Of a DNA stretch of 64,000 nucleotides, positions 1 through 10,595 are shown piece after piece. The notes under the pieces are model-generated. The model had not been told where the DNA came from. It did not search any database and was given only the letters and a program-made list of their open reading frames with translations. The position numbers and the translations under genes were made by a program. Each line of letters begins with the position of its first letter. Within the stretch, counting starts at the first letter, position 1. This DNA is from a virus: IMG/VR virus record IMGVR_UViG_3300042402_003740, positions 1 to 64,000 of that record. One strand, 5' to 3'.

Positions 1-1020
1 AAGGAGCCACTGGTGCTACAGGTGCTACAGGATCTCAAGGTATTCAAGGAGTAACAGGAGCCACTGGTGCTACAGGTGCTACAGGTGCTACAGGATCTCA
101 AGGCATCCAAGGTTCAACAGGTGCTACAGGATCTCAAGGTATTCAAGGAGTAACAGGAGCCACTGGTCTGGTAGGTGCAACAGGACCTGTTTCTTCTGTT
201 AATTCATTAACTGGCTCTATTCAGATACTTGCAGGAAGCAATATAAGCATAACAAGTAGCGTATCTGGTATAACTATTTCTTCTTTGGGTGGAGCGGGTT
301 CTGTTGGACCGACTGGTCCAACAGGTGCTACAGGATCTCAAGGCGTTCAAGGTATCACTGGTGCTACAGGTGCTACAGGATCTCAAGGTATCCAAGGAGT
401 AACAGGTGCTACAGGAGCCACTGGTGCTACAGGTGCTACAGGATCTCAAGGTATTCAAGGAGTAACAGGAGCCACTGGTGCTACAGGTGCTACAGGTGCT
501 ACAGGATCTCAAGGTATTCAAGGAGTAACAGGAGCCACAGGAGCCACTGGTGCTACAGGATCTCAAGGAGTACAAGGTATCACTGGTGCTACAGGAGCCA
601 CTGGTGCTACAGGTGCTACAGGATCTCAAGGTATTCAAGGAGTAACAGGAGACACTGGTGCTACAGGATCTCAAGGTATTCAAGGAGTAACAGGAGCCAC
701 TGGTGCTACAGGATCTCAAGGTATTCAAGGTTCAACAGGTGCTACAGGAGCCACTGGTGCTACAGGTGCTACAGGATCTCAAGGTATTCAAGGAGTAACA
801 GGAGCCACTGGTGCTACAGGTGCTACAGGATCTCAAGGTATTCAAGGAGTAACAGGAGCCACAGGAGCCACTGGTGCTACAGGATCTCAAGGTATTCAAG
901 GAGTAACAGGAGCCACAGGTGCTACAGGATCTCAAGGTATTCAAGGAGTAACAGGAGACACTGGTGCTACAGGATCTCAAGGTATTCAAGGAGTAACAGG
1001 AGCCACTGGAGTCACGGGTC
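1..1020 (+). repeat. Coding tandem repeat built from 9-nt units (ggtgctaca/ggagccact) and a 27-nt block (ggatctcaaggtattcaaggagtaaca)
   Basis: Directly visible near-identical units, all multiples of 9 nt, so the frame is preserved. Confidence 0.95.
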
Positions 1021-1571
1021 CTGTTGGAGACTATGTTATTTCTATAAACGGACAGACAGGCGCAGTGAGTATTTCTAATCTGTTGACACCAACACAAACA
1101 ATCGGAATATTCAATGCGTTGGATTCGCAGCCCCCTTCAACCAATTATGCAACAATTGACACAAGAAATTCTGTTCCAGTGTTGGATTTTGATGCAACGG
1201 TCGCAGAATCAACTGTATTCTCTGGAATAGTTCCCAGCAACTTCGGAATTACTGCTAGTCTGTGGCTGTACTTGCATTTCTCTGCAACAACTGCAACTGG
1301 CTCTACGGTTGCATGGCTTGCTCAAATGGAAAGAATGTCAGGAGTAAGCGGATTCTCTTCAGACGCATTTACTACAGGAACAACATTCAATGGTGTGCTT
1401 GGAAATACACTTGGATTTGTTGCAGTAGTAGGAACAACCATAGGAGTTCCATCGGGACTGACCCAAGGTGATGCATATAGACTAAAGATAACAAGAAATG
1501 CAGCAGATGCGGTGAATGATACAGCAATAGGAGACGCAGAACTCATAGCAACAGAATTGAGGAACGCCTGA
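1..1571 (+). CDS. Collagen-like (Gly-X-Y) repeat virion/tail-fibre protein, 5' part outside the window
   Basis: The frame is open from position 3 (gga gcc act ggt gct aca...) to TGA at 1571. Long [12 protein letters not shown] triplet tracts; 'V(S/I)S(V/I)N(S/G)xTG' fibre motifs; globular C-terminal domain. The track start at 285 is internal. Confidence 0.85.
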   Translation, partial: GATGATGATGSQGIQGVTGATGATGATGATGSQGIQGSTGATGSQGIQGVTGATGLVGATGPVSSVNSLTGSIQILAGSNISITSSVSGITISSLGGAGSVGPTGPTGATGSQGVQGITGATGATGSQGIQGVTGATGATGATGATGSQGIQGVTGATGATGATGATGSQGIQGVTGATGATGATGSQGVQGITGATGATGATGATGSQGIQGVTGDTGATGSQGIQGVTGATGATGSQGIQGSTGATGATGATGATGSQGIQGVTGATGATGATGSQGIQGVTGATGATGATGSQGIQGVTGATGATGSQGIQGVTGDTGATGSQGIQGVTGATGVTGPVGDYVISINGQTGAVSISNLLTPTQTIGIFNALDSQPPSTNYATIDTRNSVPVLDFDATVAESTVFSGIVPSNFGITASLWLYLHFSATTATGSTVAWLAQMERMSGVSGFSSDAFTTGTTFNGVLGNTLGFVAVVGTTIGVPSGLTQGDAYRLKITRNAADAVNDTAIGDAELIATELRNA

Positions 1572-2548
1572 TGTCCTACTATTTTAGTGGTCCTTGGGGA
1601 GATCAATCAACAGGTGTTGCAGGAACAACAGCAAATCCTATAAGGTCTAGAATATCTGTTAAACAAAAGGACAGAGTTCAAGGCTATGAGGGTACTATTG
1701 ATACACTAGCAATAAATAGAATATCTGCGACAGGGGGAATAGGAGTTGTTACTGGTGCACCACTAACAATGTCTTGTTGGGTAATGCCAGACGGCTTTAT
1801 TTCTACTTCATTTGGTTCTGTTATTACCGTGAATTTTGAGCCAAATAGTGCTCCAAGTACTACTACAGCACAATATTTCTTTTATGAATTGGGATTTGTT
1901 GGGGATAATAGAACTCCACCAGGTGCGATTGTTTTTAGACCAAGAGTTCGCTTCAGAAGAGTCAATGCCCAAAACACAACAAGCACTATTGCTGGTGTGT
2001 CTGCATGGTATGGTCCAACTGGTGGAGGATCACTACAGAAGGGTCAGTGGGTTCATCTTGTTGGGCTTGTTGGTATCACCACAGGAAATCAAAGAACTCT
2101 ACAGTTGTATGTTAATGGAGTGCTCAGCAACACTACGGTCACAGTTTCTGTCGCAAATACTCCAGAATTGGCTGGAAACACATTCAATCGAACAACTATA
2201 GGTGGGCTAAAGGTTTCTTCTTCTTCTGCTGGGGGAATGGCAGGATGCGAAAACAATTTCAAGGGATATATTGCCGAGGTTGCTCTTTGGGGTGCAACGC
2301 TATCGGCTGAAGAGATACAGTCTCTCTACTCCGGTGTTCCAGCAGACAGAATAAGGCCGCAGAATTTGGCATTTTACGCTCCGCTTATTCGTGATCTAAA
2401 TACTGTTGTTGGAGACTACACACTCTCTCCAGAGAGTGGAACAACATTCACATCATTACCTGTAAGCGGATTGACATTCGTTTCTCCTCTATACTCTGGT
2501 CATCCGCAAACAGGAATAACAGAAACACATCCAAGGAGATACGGATGA
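1571..2548 (+). CDS. LamG/concanavalin-A-like lectin domain virion protein
   Basis: Motifs T(M)SCWV, GQWVHLVG, LYVNG, FKGYIAEVALW..LSAEEIQSLY typical of Laminin_G_3. Start overlaps the previous stop (TGATG). Confidence 0.8.
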   Translation: MSYYFSGPWGDQSTGVAGTTANPIRSRISVKQKDRVQGYEGTIDTLAINRISATGGIGVVTGAPLTMSCWVMPDGFISTSFGSVITVNFEPNSAPSTTTAQYFFYELGFVGDNRTPPGAIVFRPRVRFRRVNAQNTTSTIAGVSAWYGPTGGGSLQKGQWVHLVGLVGITTGNQRTLQLYVNGVLSNTTVTVSVANTPELAGNTFNRTTIGGLKVSSSSAGGMAGCENNFKGYIAEVALWGATLSAEEIQSLYSGVPADRIRPQNLAFYAPLIRDLNTVVGDYTLSPESGTTFTSLPVSGLTFVSPLYSGHPQTGITETHPRRYG

Positions 2549-3018
2549 GCAAGTATGCACTAGTTGTAGGAGGTTCAATACAAAACATAATTGACCTTGA
2601 CGACGCTTGGTATGAGTCTGCTGTTGCTAGTGGGAATCCTAAAGCACAGTACTACTATCCTGTTGTTGATGGTTCTTTGCCCAATTATGACCCTTCTTTG
2701 GAAATATTAGAAGAGAGCCTTACTCTACGAGGAAACACTGTTGTTCGGTCTTGGAATAAGAGACAAAAAACAGCAGAGGAACTCCTACCAGAACCAAAGG
2801 CATATACCTCTTATGAATTTTTTCTTCGTTTCACTCCTCAAGAGAGATCGGCATTTCGAAATGCTGCTAAGACAGATGATACGGTGGCTGATTTTATGCA
2901 ATTGGCACAAGCAGCACAAGAGATTTGGACAAATGACGAGACAACAATCGCTGGTATGAATTACCTTGTCTCTCAAGGACTATTGACATCAGAGAGAAAG
3001 TATGAGATAATGTCGTGA
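2545..3018 (+). CDS. Hypothetical tail-fibre-associated/assembly protein
   Basis: ATGA-coupled to the LamG gene; C-terminal 'FFLRFTPQER...GLLTSER..EI' resembles phage tail chaperone-type proteins. Confidence 0.5.
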   Translation: MSKYALVVGGSIQNIIDLDDAWYESAVASGNPKAQYYYPVVDGSLPNYDPSLEILEESLTLRGNTVVRSWNKRQKTAEELLPEPKAYTSYEFFLRFTPQERSAFRNAAKTDDTVADFMQLAQAAQEIWTNDETTIAGMNYLVSQGLLTSERKYEIMS

Positions 3019-3040
3019 TCTAATTTAGAAAGGATATATT

Positions 3041-3574
3041 ATGAATCTTCGTGTTTTTAAATTGAGTAGCCTCACGCCAGAAATAGGATATGGAACGCAG
3101 AGTTCTGCTTGTTTTGATCTATCTGCCTGTCTAGCAGATCGACCCTCTATAAAGGGATTCTATGGAAACAATGAACCTGTTATCTTTATTTGCGTTAATG
3201 ATGATAGTGGAATTTGGATAAAAATCCCTTCAAAGGCAAGAGTGCTTGTTCCAACAGGAATGATCTTGGATATACCCGAAAATCATTGTGTAAAGGTATA
3301 TCCCCGTTCAGGGCTTTCGGTAAAGCAAGGATTGGGTCTTTGTAACAGTGTAGGTGTTGTTGATTCTGATTATGTCGAAGAATTGTTTATTCCTGTTATA
3401 AACCATTCCGAAAAAGAATTGATAATAAAGCATGGAGACAGAATAGCGCAAGCAGAATTAGTTTTGAGCAACCAATGCTCTATTGGCTACATAGACGAAA
3501 GACCAAAGACAAAGACAGATCGTGTTGGAGGATTTGGTTCTACAGGAACAGACAGTTTAAAGTCAACCATTTGA
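3041..3574 (+). CDS. dut: Trimeric dUTPase
   Basis: SACFDL, PRSGLS, GVVDSDY, GDRIAQ and RVGGFGSTG motifs. Confidence 0.95.
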   Translation: MNLRVFKLSSLTPEIGYGTQSSACFDLSACLADRPSIKGFYGNNEPVIFICVNDDSGIWIKIPSKARVLVPTGMILDIPENHCVKVYPRSGLSVKQGLGLCNSVGVVDSDYVEELFIPVINHSEKELIIKHGDRIAQAELVLSNQCSIGYIDERPKTKTDRVGGFGSTGTDSLKSTI

Positions 3575-3584
3575 GGATTTTACT

Positions 3585-3908
3585 ATGAACAGACAAGAAT
3601 TGTTTCAACACCATCAGCAATTGTGCACTTCTGCTCTTGAACTAATGAAGAAAAAGAATCACGATTACGCTGGCAACAGCGGAGAAACACCATTCGCTAA
3701 TTTTGAAAGATGCGAAGCAATGGGAATTTGCTCTACAGAAGCAGGATTTCTTGTTCGATTAACAGACAAGTTGTCTCGTCTTTCTACATTTAGTTCTGCT
3801 GGAAAACTAACTGTAGACAATGAGAGTTATGAAGACGCAATAATCGACATTATAAATTACTGTGTATTGTTTTCTGCCTTTACTAAAGGAAAGTCTGAAA
3901 AGAAGTGA
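3585..3908 (+). CDS. Nucleotide-modification-associated domain protein (Nmad1/DUF1599-like, all-alpha)
   Basis: KKNHDYAG...FANF...RLTDKLSRL...ESYEDAIIDIINYCVL pattern. Confidence 0.7.
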   Translation: MNRQELFQHHQQLCTSALELMKKKNHDYAGNSGETPFANFERCEAMGICSTEAGFLVRLTDKLSRLSTFSSAGKLTVDNESYEDAIIDIINYCVLFSAFTKGKSEKK

Positions 3909-4816
3909 GTTGCTGTGGGAGACAATCTCCTTGTTGTCAGGCTCAAGTGTTAAAGAACCATTCTTTTTCAGAAAAGGCACTACTAACAGTTGGTATGCCT
4001 TGCTATGATGATTTTGATGGTGTCTTTTTCAGTACACAAGCACTCTTGATGTATCACAAAGATGCAATGCCATATGTCAAAATTATGGTATTGGACAACA
4101 ACCCTGATAGCAGACAGGGTAAAGAAACAGAAGAATACTGTAAGCAACTAGGAATAACTTATCTTCCTTTTAACCAATACCAAGCAACAACTGTCAAGGG
4201 GTTGATTTTTGAAAGTGCAGAGACTCCATTTATTCTCTGTATGGATTCTCATGTTTTTATTGAACCTGGCGCACTAACAAAACTATTGATGTACTATCAG
4301 TGCAACGAGAACACAGAAGACCTCTTGCATGGACCTCTTCTATCAGAAGAACCAAACAGGGCAACAGTTTGGACTCATATGGAGCCAAGGTGGAGAAATC
4401 AAATGTATGGAATATGGGCAGCAGATGAGAGAGGACAGAATCCATCTGATAAACCATTTGAAATTCCAATGCAAGGCATGGGTTTGTTTTCATGTAGACG
4501 AGAGGCATGGGTAGGATTCAATAAAAACTTCCGTGGCTTTGGTGGAGAAGAGTGGTACATACATGAGAAATTTAGGAAGAAAGGAGCAAAGGTGATGTGT
4601 TTGCCTTTTCTTCGATGGTCACATCGGTTCCGAAGACCCCGTGGTGTTCCTTATCGTCTATTCTATGAAGATAAAATTAAAAATTACTACATTGGTTTTC
4701 TAGAGTTAGGATTAGATGTATCCCCAATCACAAATCATTTTAAGCATGAGCATGGATTTTCTGATGAGGATCTAGACCACCTGTTGTTTGAGGCAAAATG
4801 CCTACAGACTTCTTGA
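3905..4816 (+). CDS. Glycosyltransferase, GT2/GT-A fold
   Basis: LTVGMPCY, VLDN, 'CMDSH' DxH motif, GFGGEE motif. Confidence 0.8.
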   Translation: MSCCGRQSPCCQAQVLKNHSFSEKALLTVGMPCYDDFDGVFFSTQALLMYHKDAMPYVKIMVLDNNPDSRQGKETEEYCKQLGITYLPFNQYQATTVKGLIFESAETPFILCMDSHVFIEPGALTKLLMYYQCNENTEDLLHGPLLSEEPNRATVWTHMEPRWRNQMYGIWAADERGQNPSDKPFEIPMQGMGLFSCRREAWVGFNKNFRGFGGEEWYIHEKFRKKGAKVMCLPFLRWSHRFRRPRGVPYRLFYEDKIKNYYIGFLELGLDVSPITNHFKHEHGFSDEDLDHLLFEAKCLQTS

Positions 4817-4841
4817 CTTGTAGAACAGAAAGAGTTATACT
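4813..4841 (+). promoter_or_regulatory. sigma70-type promoter TTGACT-N17-TATACT, likely giving a leaderless MTase transcript
   Basis: Near-consensus hexamers; the ATG at 4848 lies 6 nt after the -10 box with no SD. Confidence 0.7.
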
Positions 4842-4847
4842 TTGGCT

Positions 4848-6140
4848 ATGAAAGACACACGATACCAAATCATTCAGGGTGATTGCATCAAGTCTCTAAA
4901 GACGCTGCCTGAAAACAGCGTTCATACCTGTGTTACTTCTCCTCCGTACTTTGGACTCCGAAATTACAATGGAGGAGAAGATGAAATCGGTCAAGAGGAG
5001 ACTGTAGAAGACTATGTAGAGAAGATGGTCGAGGTTTTCCGTGAGGTACGCCGTGTCCTGCGTCCTGATGGAACTCTATGGCTCAATCTTGGCGATTCTT
5101 ACATGGCACAGAAGAATGTTGCTCCTCCTCCACAGACAATCGGTGGGCAGCGTGGGATGCCTAGTGATTTTATTCCAAGCAATCGTAGGGATCAGAAGGG
5201 ATTGAAGCACAAGGATCTTATTGGAATTCCTTGGCGTGTGGCTCTTGCTCTGCAAGCAGACGGGTGGTGGCTGCGTCAAGACATCATCTGGTCAAAGCCC
5301 AATCCGATGCCTGAATCTGTGCAAGACCGTTGTACCCGTGCACATGAGTACATCTTTATGTTCTCAAAGAAGCCCCATTACTATTACGACCACGATGCAA
5401 TCAAGGAACCAGCCCAGAATTGGGGAACCCGTGATCGCTCGGAGATGCGTGAAGGGACAACTGATCCAAAGTTGAAGCATCATGGTTTGAAGGGCAAGGA
5501 ATGGGAAGAGAATCCCATGAAGAACAAACGGTCTGTTTGGACTGTCAATACCAAAGGATACAAGGGTGCACACTTTGCTGTGTATCCAGAAGATCTCGTT
5601 CGTCCTTGCATTCGTGCAGGAACAAGCGAAGGAGGCTGCTGCTCACATTGCGGTTCTCCTTTTGAAAGACAGACAAGCAATCCTACAGAAGCACTAAAGC
5701 CTACTGAAGCAATTGAACGAAAGGGAATCATGTTGACTCCCGAAGATTCTGCTCTGGTGCAATGGCTTGAGGAGAATGGCGGTGACTACCGTATTTCAGT
5801 TGAAGGGGAGAAACACGCAGAGAATTGGGAAGAAGTTCCTATTTCCAACGGTCGCAGAGGAGAACTAAAGCGAAAGGGTTATACGCTTTTGCATTGGGGT
5901 GTGAATCCTGTTCAAGAGGGATGGCAATCTAGTTGCACTTGTTCTTTGAAGAAAGAAGGAATCAAGTCTGTTCCTTGTACTGTTCTTGATCCATTCAATG
6001 GATCTGCAACTACTGGTGTTGTTGCCTTGAAAGAAGGAAGGCACTATATTGGTTTGGAGTTGAATCCCGACTATATCAAATTATCTGAAGAAAGAATCGC
6101 AGAAAATATTCCAATGAGTCTACAGGAGATCATGCAATGA
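4848..6140 (+). CDS. DNA methyltransferase, beta class (N4-C/N6-A), with a Cys-containing insert
   Basis: TSPPY motif IV at the N-terminus, DPFNGSATTG motif I at the C-terminus; CCSHC...CTC insert. Confidence 0.9.
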   Translation: MKDTRYQIIQGDCIKSLKTLPENSVHTCVTSPPYFGLRNYNGGEDEIGQEETVEDYVEKMVEVFREVRRVLRPDGTLWLNLGDSYMAQKNVAPPPQTIGGQRGMPSDFIPSNRRDQKGLKHKDLIGIPWRVALALQADGWWLRQDIIWSKPNPMPESVQDRCTRAHEYIFMFSKKPHYYYDHDAIKEPAQNWGTRDRSEMREGTTDPKLKHHGLKGKEWEENPMKNKRSVWTVNTKGYKGAHFAVYPEDLVRPCIRAGTSEGGCCSHCGSPFERQTSNPTEALKPTEAIERKGIMLTPEDSALVQWLEENGGDYRISVEGEKHAENWEEVPISNGRRGELKRKGYTLLHWGVNPVQEGWQSSCTCSLKKEGIKSVPCTVLDPFNGSATTGVVALKEGRHYIGLELNPDYIKLSEERIAENIPMSLQEIMQ

Positions 6141-6418
6141 AAAAGAAGTCTGAATTTCAACCCTTGGGTAGGTGGATCGCAGTTACTACAGATAAAGCAA
6201 AGAAAGAGAAGACTACTGATGCTGGTATTATCTACTCTGAAAGGGATAGCACAGGACAATATGTTAAGAGTGTGATAAAGATGGTTGGTCCTGGTGTAGA
6301 AGAGAGACTGAATGTAGGAGATGTGGTATACTGGGACTCAAAGAAGTTCACAGGGAACGAAGTAGACGGTATGCATATTATCCATGAGTCATGGATTGCC
6401 GTTGTTGTAGAAGAGTGA
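6137..6418 (+). CDS. GroES-like co-chaperonin
   Basis: FQPLGRWIAV...TTDAGII...VGPGV...VGDVV...I.ESWIAVV matches Cpn10. Confidence 0.8.
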   Translation: MKKKSEFQPLGRWIAVTTDKAKKEKTTDAGIIYSERDSTGQYVKSVIKMVGPGVEERLNVGDVVYWDSKKFTGNEVDGMHIIHESWIAVVVEE

Positions 6419-6428
6419 AAGGAATAGA

Positions 6429-8954
6429 GTGGATCAATATACAAGCATAGGGATTCGTGGAAATCGAATCCTGTTTCGTGGTTACAAGAGCGTTGGTGGT
6501 CGAAAGCAAAGGGTTCATTATGCGAATCCAGACTTTCGACCAACCATCTTTTTGAAGGCAAACAAGCCGAGCGAGTGGAAAACACTTGACGGTATTCCTG
6601 TTGAGCCTATGCAACCAGGCACAATCTTGGATTGCAGAGCATTCATCGACCAATACAAAGATGTTGGTGGATTGAGTGTGTATGGAAATACTGATTATAT
6701 TGCTCAATTCATTGCAGAGAACTATCAGGAGATTGAGTATGATTTCTCTGATTTGAAGGTCTGTTATTTGGATATTGAAACAGAATGCGAGAACGGCTTT
6801 CCCGATCCAAACAGGGCAGAAGAGCGAGTCATAGTCATAACTCTTGGCTGTGGTGGGATTTACCACTCTCTTGTCTTGGGTAAGGCTGTTTCACCACAGC
6901 CAAATGCCAAAGTGTATGAATATGACAATGAAGAGGAATTGCTACAGGCTTTCATTGAGTTGTGGAGAGCCGAAGATTATGATATTGTGACGGGATGGAA
7001 CACTCAACTCTTCGACATTCCCTATCTTGTAAACAGAATAGGAAGACTTATTGGAGAAGACGGTGTGAAGCGTCTGTCTCCGTGGAATGATGTAAAGACC
7101 CGTAATGTTTCCATGAAGGGAAAGATGTACGAAGTCTTTGATATTGTGGGAATCTCTTCGCTAGACTATCTTGACCTATATCGCAAGTTTACATTTGTCA
7201 ATCAGGAGTCCTACAAGTTGGATAACATTGCATTTGTAGAGTTGGGCGAACGCAAGGCATCCTATGCTGAATATGACAAGATGTCTGACTTCTACAAGCA
7301 GAATTTCCAGGCATTTCTTGAGTATAATATTAAAGATGTTCATCTTGTACAGAGGCTTGAGGAGAAACTGAAACTCCTTGAACTTGCTGTGGCTCTTGCC
7401 TATTCTGCAAAGGTCAATTTCTCTGATGTCTTCTCACAGGTTCGCACTTGGGATTCCATCATCTATCACCATCTAAACGAGCAGAAGATTGCCATTCCTC
7501 CAAAGAAAGAGGGAGACAAGTCCGAGCAGTTTGCTGGTGCTTATGTCAAAGACCCTCTCGTTGGAATGCACAAGTGGGTGGTGTCTTTTGATTTGGATTC
7601 GCTGTATCCCCATCTTATCATGCAGTACAACATTTCACCAGAGACAAAGGTGAAAGGCAAGTCAAAGCGCAGGATTCCTGTAGAGGATCTGTTGGCTTCC
7701 CTGAAGTCTGGAGCATACGAAACAGATGAACACAGCACTGCTGCCAACGGGGTTTCTTTTGTGAAGGGTGTTCGTGGGTTCCTTCCTGCCCTTATGGATA
7801 CGATGTATCAGGAGCGCAAGGTCTACAAGCAGAAGATGCTTGAGTCCAAGCGTAGACTGAAGGAACAGAAAGATTCTCTCTCAAAGTTGGACAAGCGTCA
7901 ATTGGAGAATGAAATCTCCAAGTATCATAACTTTCAGTTGGTTCGTAAGATTCAGTTGAATTCTGCATTCGGTGCTGTGGGCAACGAATACTTCCGTTAT
8001 TATGATTTGGATCTTGCAGAAGCGATCACCGTATCAGGTCAGTTGTCTATTCGTTGGATTGAAGAGCAGTTGAACAGTTTTCTCAATTCTTCATTCAAGA
8101 CCGAAGACTATGACTATGTTATCGCAAGTGATACGGATTCCATTTATCTCCGATTGGACAATCTTGTTCAGCGAGTCATGCCAACAGAAACAGATAATGC
8201 AAAGATTGCAAAGTATCTGGAGCGGGTTTCCTCTGAACTGATACAGCCATTCATTGATAAGAAATACGATGAACTCTCCCGCAAGATGAATGCATATGAA
8301 AACAAGATGCACATGAAGCGTGAGGCTATTGCAAACAAGGGGATTTGGACTGCAAAGAAGCGGTATATGCTCAATGTTATGATTGGAGAGGATGGGGTTC
8401 TTCTGAAGATCCCTGAAATGAAGATCATGGGTATTGAAACCACTCGCTCTTCGACTCCCCGTGTTGTCCGTGATGCACTCACAGAGAGCATCTCTATCAT
8501 AATGAACGGGACACAAGACGATATTATCGGATACATTGCCGACTTCAAGAAGCGTTTCAAGACATTGAAGGCAGAGGAAATCAGTTTCCCCCGTTCTTGC
8601 AATGGTTTGAAAGAGTATCACGAACCAACAACAATCTATCGAAAGTCCACTCCTATTGCGGTTCGTGGTTCTCTGCTATACAATCACCACTTGCGTAGAC
8701 TAAAGATAGACAAGAAGTATCCTGTCATCAACGAAGGCGACAAGATCAAGTATTGCTATCTAAAGAAACCAAACCCATTGGGTGAGAATGTTCTGGCATT
8801 TGTCAGCACTATCCCTTCCGAATTACAATTGCAGAAATACATTGACCATGACACCCAATTTGAAAAGGCATATCTTGAGCCTCTGAAGGCAATATTGGAT
8901 TGCTTGGGTTGGCAGACAGAAAAAACAAACAGCCTTGAGTCTCTCTTTGGCTGA
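6429..8954 (+). CDS. T4-like family B DNA polymerase (gp43)
   Basis: DIET exonuclease motif, SFDLDSLYP, KIQLNSAFG, ASDTDS, KKRY. Confidence 0.97.
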   Translation: MDQYTSIGIRGNRILFRGYKSVGGRKQRVHYANPDFRPTIFLKANKPSEWKTLDGIPVEPMQPGTILDCRAFIDQYKDVGGLSVYGNTDYIAQFIAENYQEIEYDFSDLKVCYLDIETECENGFPDPNRAEERVIVITLGCGGIYHSLVLGKAVSPQPNAKVYEYDNEEELLQAFIELWRAEDYDIVTGWNTQLFDIPYLVNRIGRLIGEDGVKRLSPWNDVKTRNVSMKGKMYEVFDIVGISSLDYLDLYRKFTFVNQESYKLDNIAFVELGERKASYAEYDKMSDFYKQNFQAFLEYNIKDVHLVQRLEEKLKLLELAVALAYSAKVNFSDVFSQVRTWDSIIYHHLNEQKIAIPPKKEGDKSEQFAGAYVKDPLVGMHKWVVSFDLDSLYPHLIMQYNISPETKVKGKSKRRIPVEDLLASLKSGAYETDEHSTAANGVSFVKGVRGFLPALMDTMYQERKVYKQKMLESKRRLKEQKDSLSKLDKRQLENEISKYHNFQLVRKIQLNSAFGAVGNEYFRYYDLDLAEAITVSGQLSIRWIEEQLNSFLNSSFKTEDYDYVIASDTDSIYLRLDNLVQRVMPTETDNAKIAKYLERVSSELIQPFIDKKYDELSRKMNAYENKMHMKREAIANKGIWTAKKRYMLNVMIGEDGVLLKIPEMKIMGIETTRSSTPRVVRDALTESISIIMNGTQDDIIGYIADFKKRFKTLKAEEISFPRSCNGLKEYHEPTTIYRKSTPIAVRGSLLYNHHLRRLKIDKKYPVINEGDKIKYCYLKKPNPLGENVLAFVSTIPSELQLQKYIDHDTQFEKAYLEPLKAILDCLGWQTEKTNSLESLFG

Positions 8955-8992
8955 TCCCGACTATATACAGTAATACCATGAAAGGAAATACT

Positions 8993-9340
8993 ATGGCTAA
9001 AGATAATGTTCGTATTGTTCGTTTGACTACAGGTGAAGAGATTATTTGCAAGGCCGATGCGGCTGAAGACGGGGGCTGGTTCATCAAGGATGCTCTGCTT
9101 CTTGTGCCAGTGAGTCTACAGAATCTCTCAATGCTTCCTTGGCTTGCATATGCAGATGCACCAGAAGATGGAATTCATATTCCAGAGAAGATTGTTGCTT
9201 TCACTGTTCTTCCTCAAAAGCGTCTGAAGGCAGAATACGAGAAGGCTTTCTCCAAGATTATTGCACCTGATGCTGGAGATATTATTGGTGGTGCTGATAT
9301 GGCTGCGCTTGGCAGCAAACTTCGGTTGTCCACAGAATGA
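8993..9340 (+). CDS. Conserved T4-like hypothetical protein (small beta-barrel)
   Basis: VRIVRLTTGEEII N-terminus; SD aagga upstream; TATATA box upstream at ~8962. Confidence 0.55.
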   Translation: MAKDNVRIVRLTTGEEIICKADAAEDGGWFIKDALLLVPVSLQNLSMLPWLAYADAPEDGIHIPEKIVAFTVLPQKRLKAEYEKAFSKIIAPDAGDIIGGADMAALGSKLRLSTE

Positions 9341-9552
9341 ATAATGAACAAATAGACTACTTGCTTGATCTTCTAGAAGAGAAGAAAAAGCATATCAATA
9401 ATCAATACCAAGTCGTATTGAAGTCTAAGTCCTTTGGGATGTCTCATGTAAATACCATCCTTGAAGGAATGGAGTTCAACAACAGTATAATTGTGGCATT
9501 AGAAAGAATGAAGAAAGAGGTAGACAATGGGGTACTTGGACTCAATAATTAA
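9337..9552 (+). CDS. Hypothetical protein
   Basis: ATGA overlap with the previous gene; fills the operon gap. Confidence 0.55.
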   Translation: MNNEQIDYLLDLLEEKKKHINNQYQVVLKSKSFGMSHVNTILEGMEFNNSIIVALERMKKEVDNGVLGLNN

Positions 9553-10594
9553 GAATTCAGGAAACAAGTATGCAAGCGTTGTTGAAAAGGGAGTAGAAGC
9601 AGATGTCAATGGTTTTGTTGACACGGGAAGTTATGCACTCAATGCATTGCTTTCGGGTAGTCTTTATGGTGGGATTGCAAGCAATAAAATTCTTGCTCTT
9701 GCAGGAGAGTCTGCAACAGGCAAAACATACTTTGCTATCGGAATTGTGTCAAAGTTCTTGCAAGACAATAAAGAAGGTGTTGTTCTCTACTTTGATTCAG
9801 AGCAAGCCGTTACATCAGAGATGTTCCACTCCCGTGGAGTGGACCCAAAGCGTGTTGCGGTATTCCCTGTTGCTACAATTGAAGATTTCCGCCATCAGGC
9901 TATTTCTATCGTAGATAAGATTCTTGAAGAGCCTGTAGAAAAGCGAAAGCCTGTAATGATTGTACTTGACTCGCTTGGTATGCTTTCAACAAGTAAAGAG
10001 ATGCGTGACACCAGTGAGGGTAAAGAGGTTCGTGATATGACCCGTTCACAGGCTATCCGTTCCACTTTCCGTACTCTTACTCTCAAGTTAGGAAAAGCCA
10101 ATATTCCTATGATTATGACAAACCATACTTATAGCGTTATTGGTGCTTATGTTCCTACAAGAGAGATGAGTGGTGGTGACGGTTTGAAATACGCTGCATC
10201 AACAATCGTATACTTGAGTAAAAAGAAAGACAAGAATGCAGAAGGGGATGTTGTAGGAAACATCATCCATTGCAAACTGTACAAGTCTCGTTTGACCAAA
10301 GAGAATCAGCAGATTGATGTTCAGTTGAATTATGATAGTGGCTTGAACAAGTACTATGGGCTTCTTGATGTTGCTCTAAAGTATGGTATTTTCAAGAAGG
10401 TTTCAACCAGAATTGAACTACCAGATGGCAAGACTGCATTTGAGAAGAATATCAACGAGAATCCAGAGAAGTACTTTACTACAGATGTGATGAAGCGACT
10501 TGAAGAAGCAGTCGCAAAAGAGTTCAAGTACGGTGGTGGGCTTTCGGAAGAAGGAGAAACCACAGAGAAGGTTCTTCTGAACGAAGAGGCATAA
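9527..10594 (+). CDS. uvsX: RecA-like recombinase UvsX
   Basis: AGESATGKT Walker [27 protein letters not shown]. Confidence 0.95.
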   Translation: MGYLDSIIKNSGNKYASVVEKGVEADVNGFVDTGSYALNALLSGSLYGGIASNKILALAGESATGKTYFAIGIVSKFLQDNKEGVVLYFDSEQAVTSEMFHSRGVDPKRVAVFPVATIEDFRHQAISIVDKILEEPVEKRKPVMIVLDSLGMLSTSKEMRDTSEGKEVRDMTRSQAIRSTFRTLTLKLGKANIPMIMTNHTYSVIGAYVPTREMSGGDGLKYAASTIVYLSKKKDKNAEGDVVGNIIHCKLYKSRLTKENQQIDVQLNYDSGLNKYYGLLDVALKYGIFKKVSTRIELPDGKTAFEKNINENPEKYFTTDVMKRLEEAVAKEFKYGGGLSEEGETTEKVLLNEEA

Positions 10595-10595
10595 A

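Noticed and set aside
207-1097. Cys/Ser/Thr-rich minus-strand ORFs
   Set aside because: They are antisense shadows of the collagen repeat, with no SD or promoter.
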